Assembly: GCA_036501625.1 (NCBI GenBank)
Contig: DASXZY010000063.1
Span: 1,924-65,923, forward strand
From: Verrucomicrobiia bacterium
GTDB taxonomy: Bacteria > Verrucomicrobiota > Verrucomicrobiia > Limisphaerales > Palsa-1400
Length of the DNA stretch: 64,000 nt
Direction: 5' to 3'
A program made the translations under genes and the position numbers. The notes below the pieces were generated by a model, which was not told where the DNA came from, made no database searches, and saw only the letters and a program-made list of their open reading frames with translations. Shown here piece by piece: positions 63,800-64,000 of the stretch (its first letter is position 1; each line of letters starts with the position of its first letter).

Positions 63800-64000
63800 A
63801 TGCGTTGTTTCCATCATGCGGAGCGCGAGGCTGACGGCACGTGCAAGTCATGCGGCAAAGGCGTGTGCTCCGAGTGCGCGGTTGACCTCGACAGAGGCCT
63901 GGCGTGCCGCGGCCGCTGCGAGGCAAACGCGCGGGCAATCATTGATCTTGTTGAGCGCAATATCCAGAATTCCGGCGTCACGGCGCGCCTGATCCAGCAA
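63800..64000 (+). CDS. Cys/His-rich B-box-like protein, 3' truncated by window edge, absent from the ORF track
   Basis: MRCFHHAEREADGTCKSCGKGVCSECAVDLDRGLACRGRC... (C-x2-H, C-x2-C, C-x2-C, C-x3-C). Confidence 0.75.
   Translation, partial: MRCFHHAEREADGTCKSCGKGVCSECAVDLDRGLACRGRCEANARAIIDLVERNIQNSGVTARLIQQ

Noticed and set aside
63675-63992. 105-aa ORF in the supplied track
   Set aside because: It overlaps the more convincing Cys-rich frame starting at 63800.

Overview
A GC-rich, gene-dense bacterial chromosomal window, most likely from Verrucomicrobiota (Pedosphaerales-like). That assignment is inferred from PVC-type families: H-X9-DG prepilin-like proteins, a PSD1/DUF1501 pair, an ECF sigma factor with a C-terminal extension, long-form GreA and a Minf_1886-like gene. 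Most of the window is housekeeping: speA, mqnC, ispA, glgB, infA, greA, rsmB, ychF, tRNA-Glu(CTC), comM/yifB, yhbY, tricorn protease, msrA, leuS, xerC, a heterodimeric ABC exporter, rpmE and prfA. I see no CRISPR array, transposase or prophage. The points most worth following up are: (1) a prepilin-like/giant secreted protein module at 0.6-8.8 kb; (2) a stand-alone prepilin-like gene with a perfect sigma-54 promoter and two GCGTG-N7-CACGC palindromes upstream; (3) a translationally coupled SDR-SIS-MetE-like-MBL operon near further sugar-acid genes; (4) a tRNA-Glu with paired changes at the normally invariant G18 and U55; (5) 10-bp-phased repeat arrays upstream of rpmE; (6) a multi-fragment pseudogene at 56.3-57.3 kb; (7) an apparent Thr-Asn bias in exported proteins; and (8) two ORFs missing from the supplied track. 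All family calls come from motifs recognised by eye, and no searches were run.
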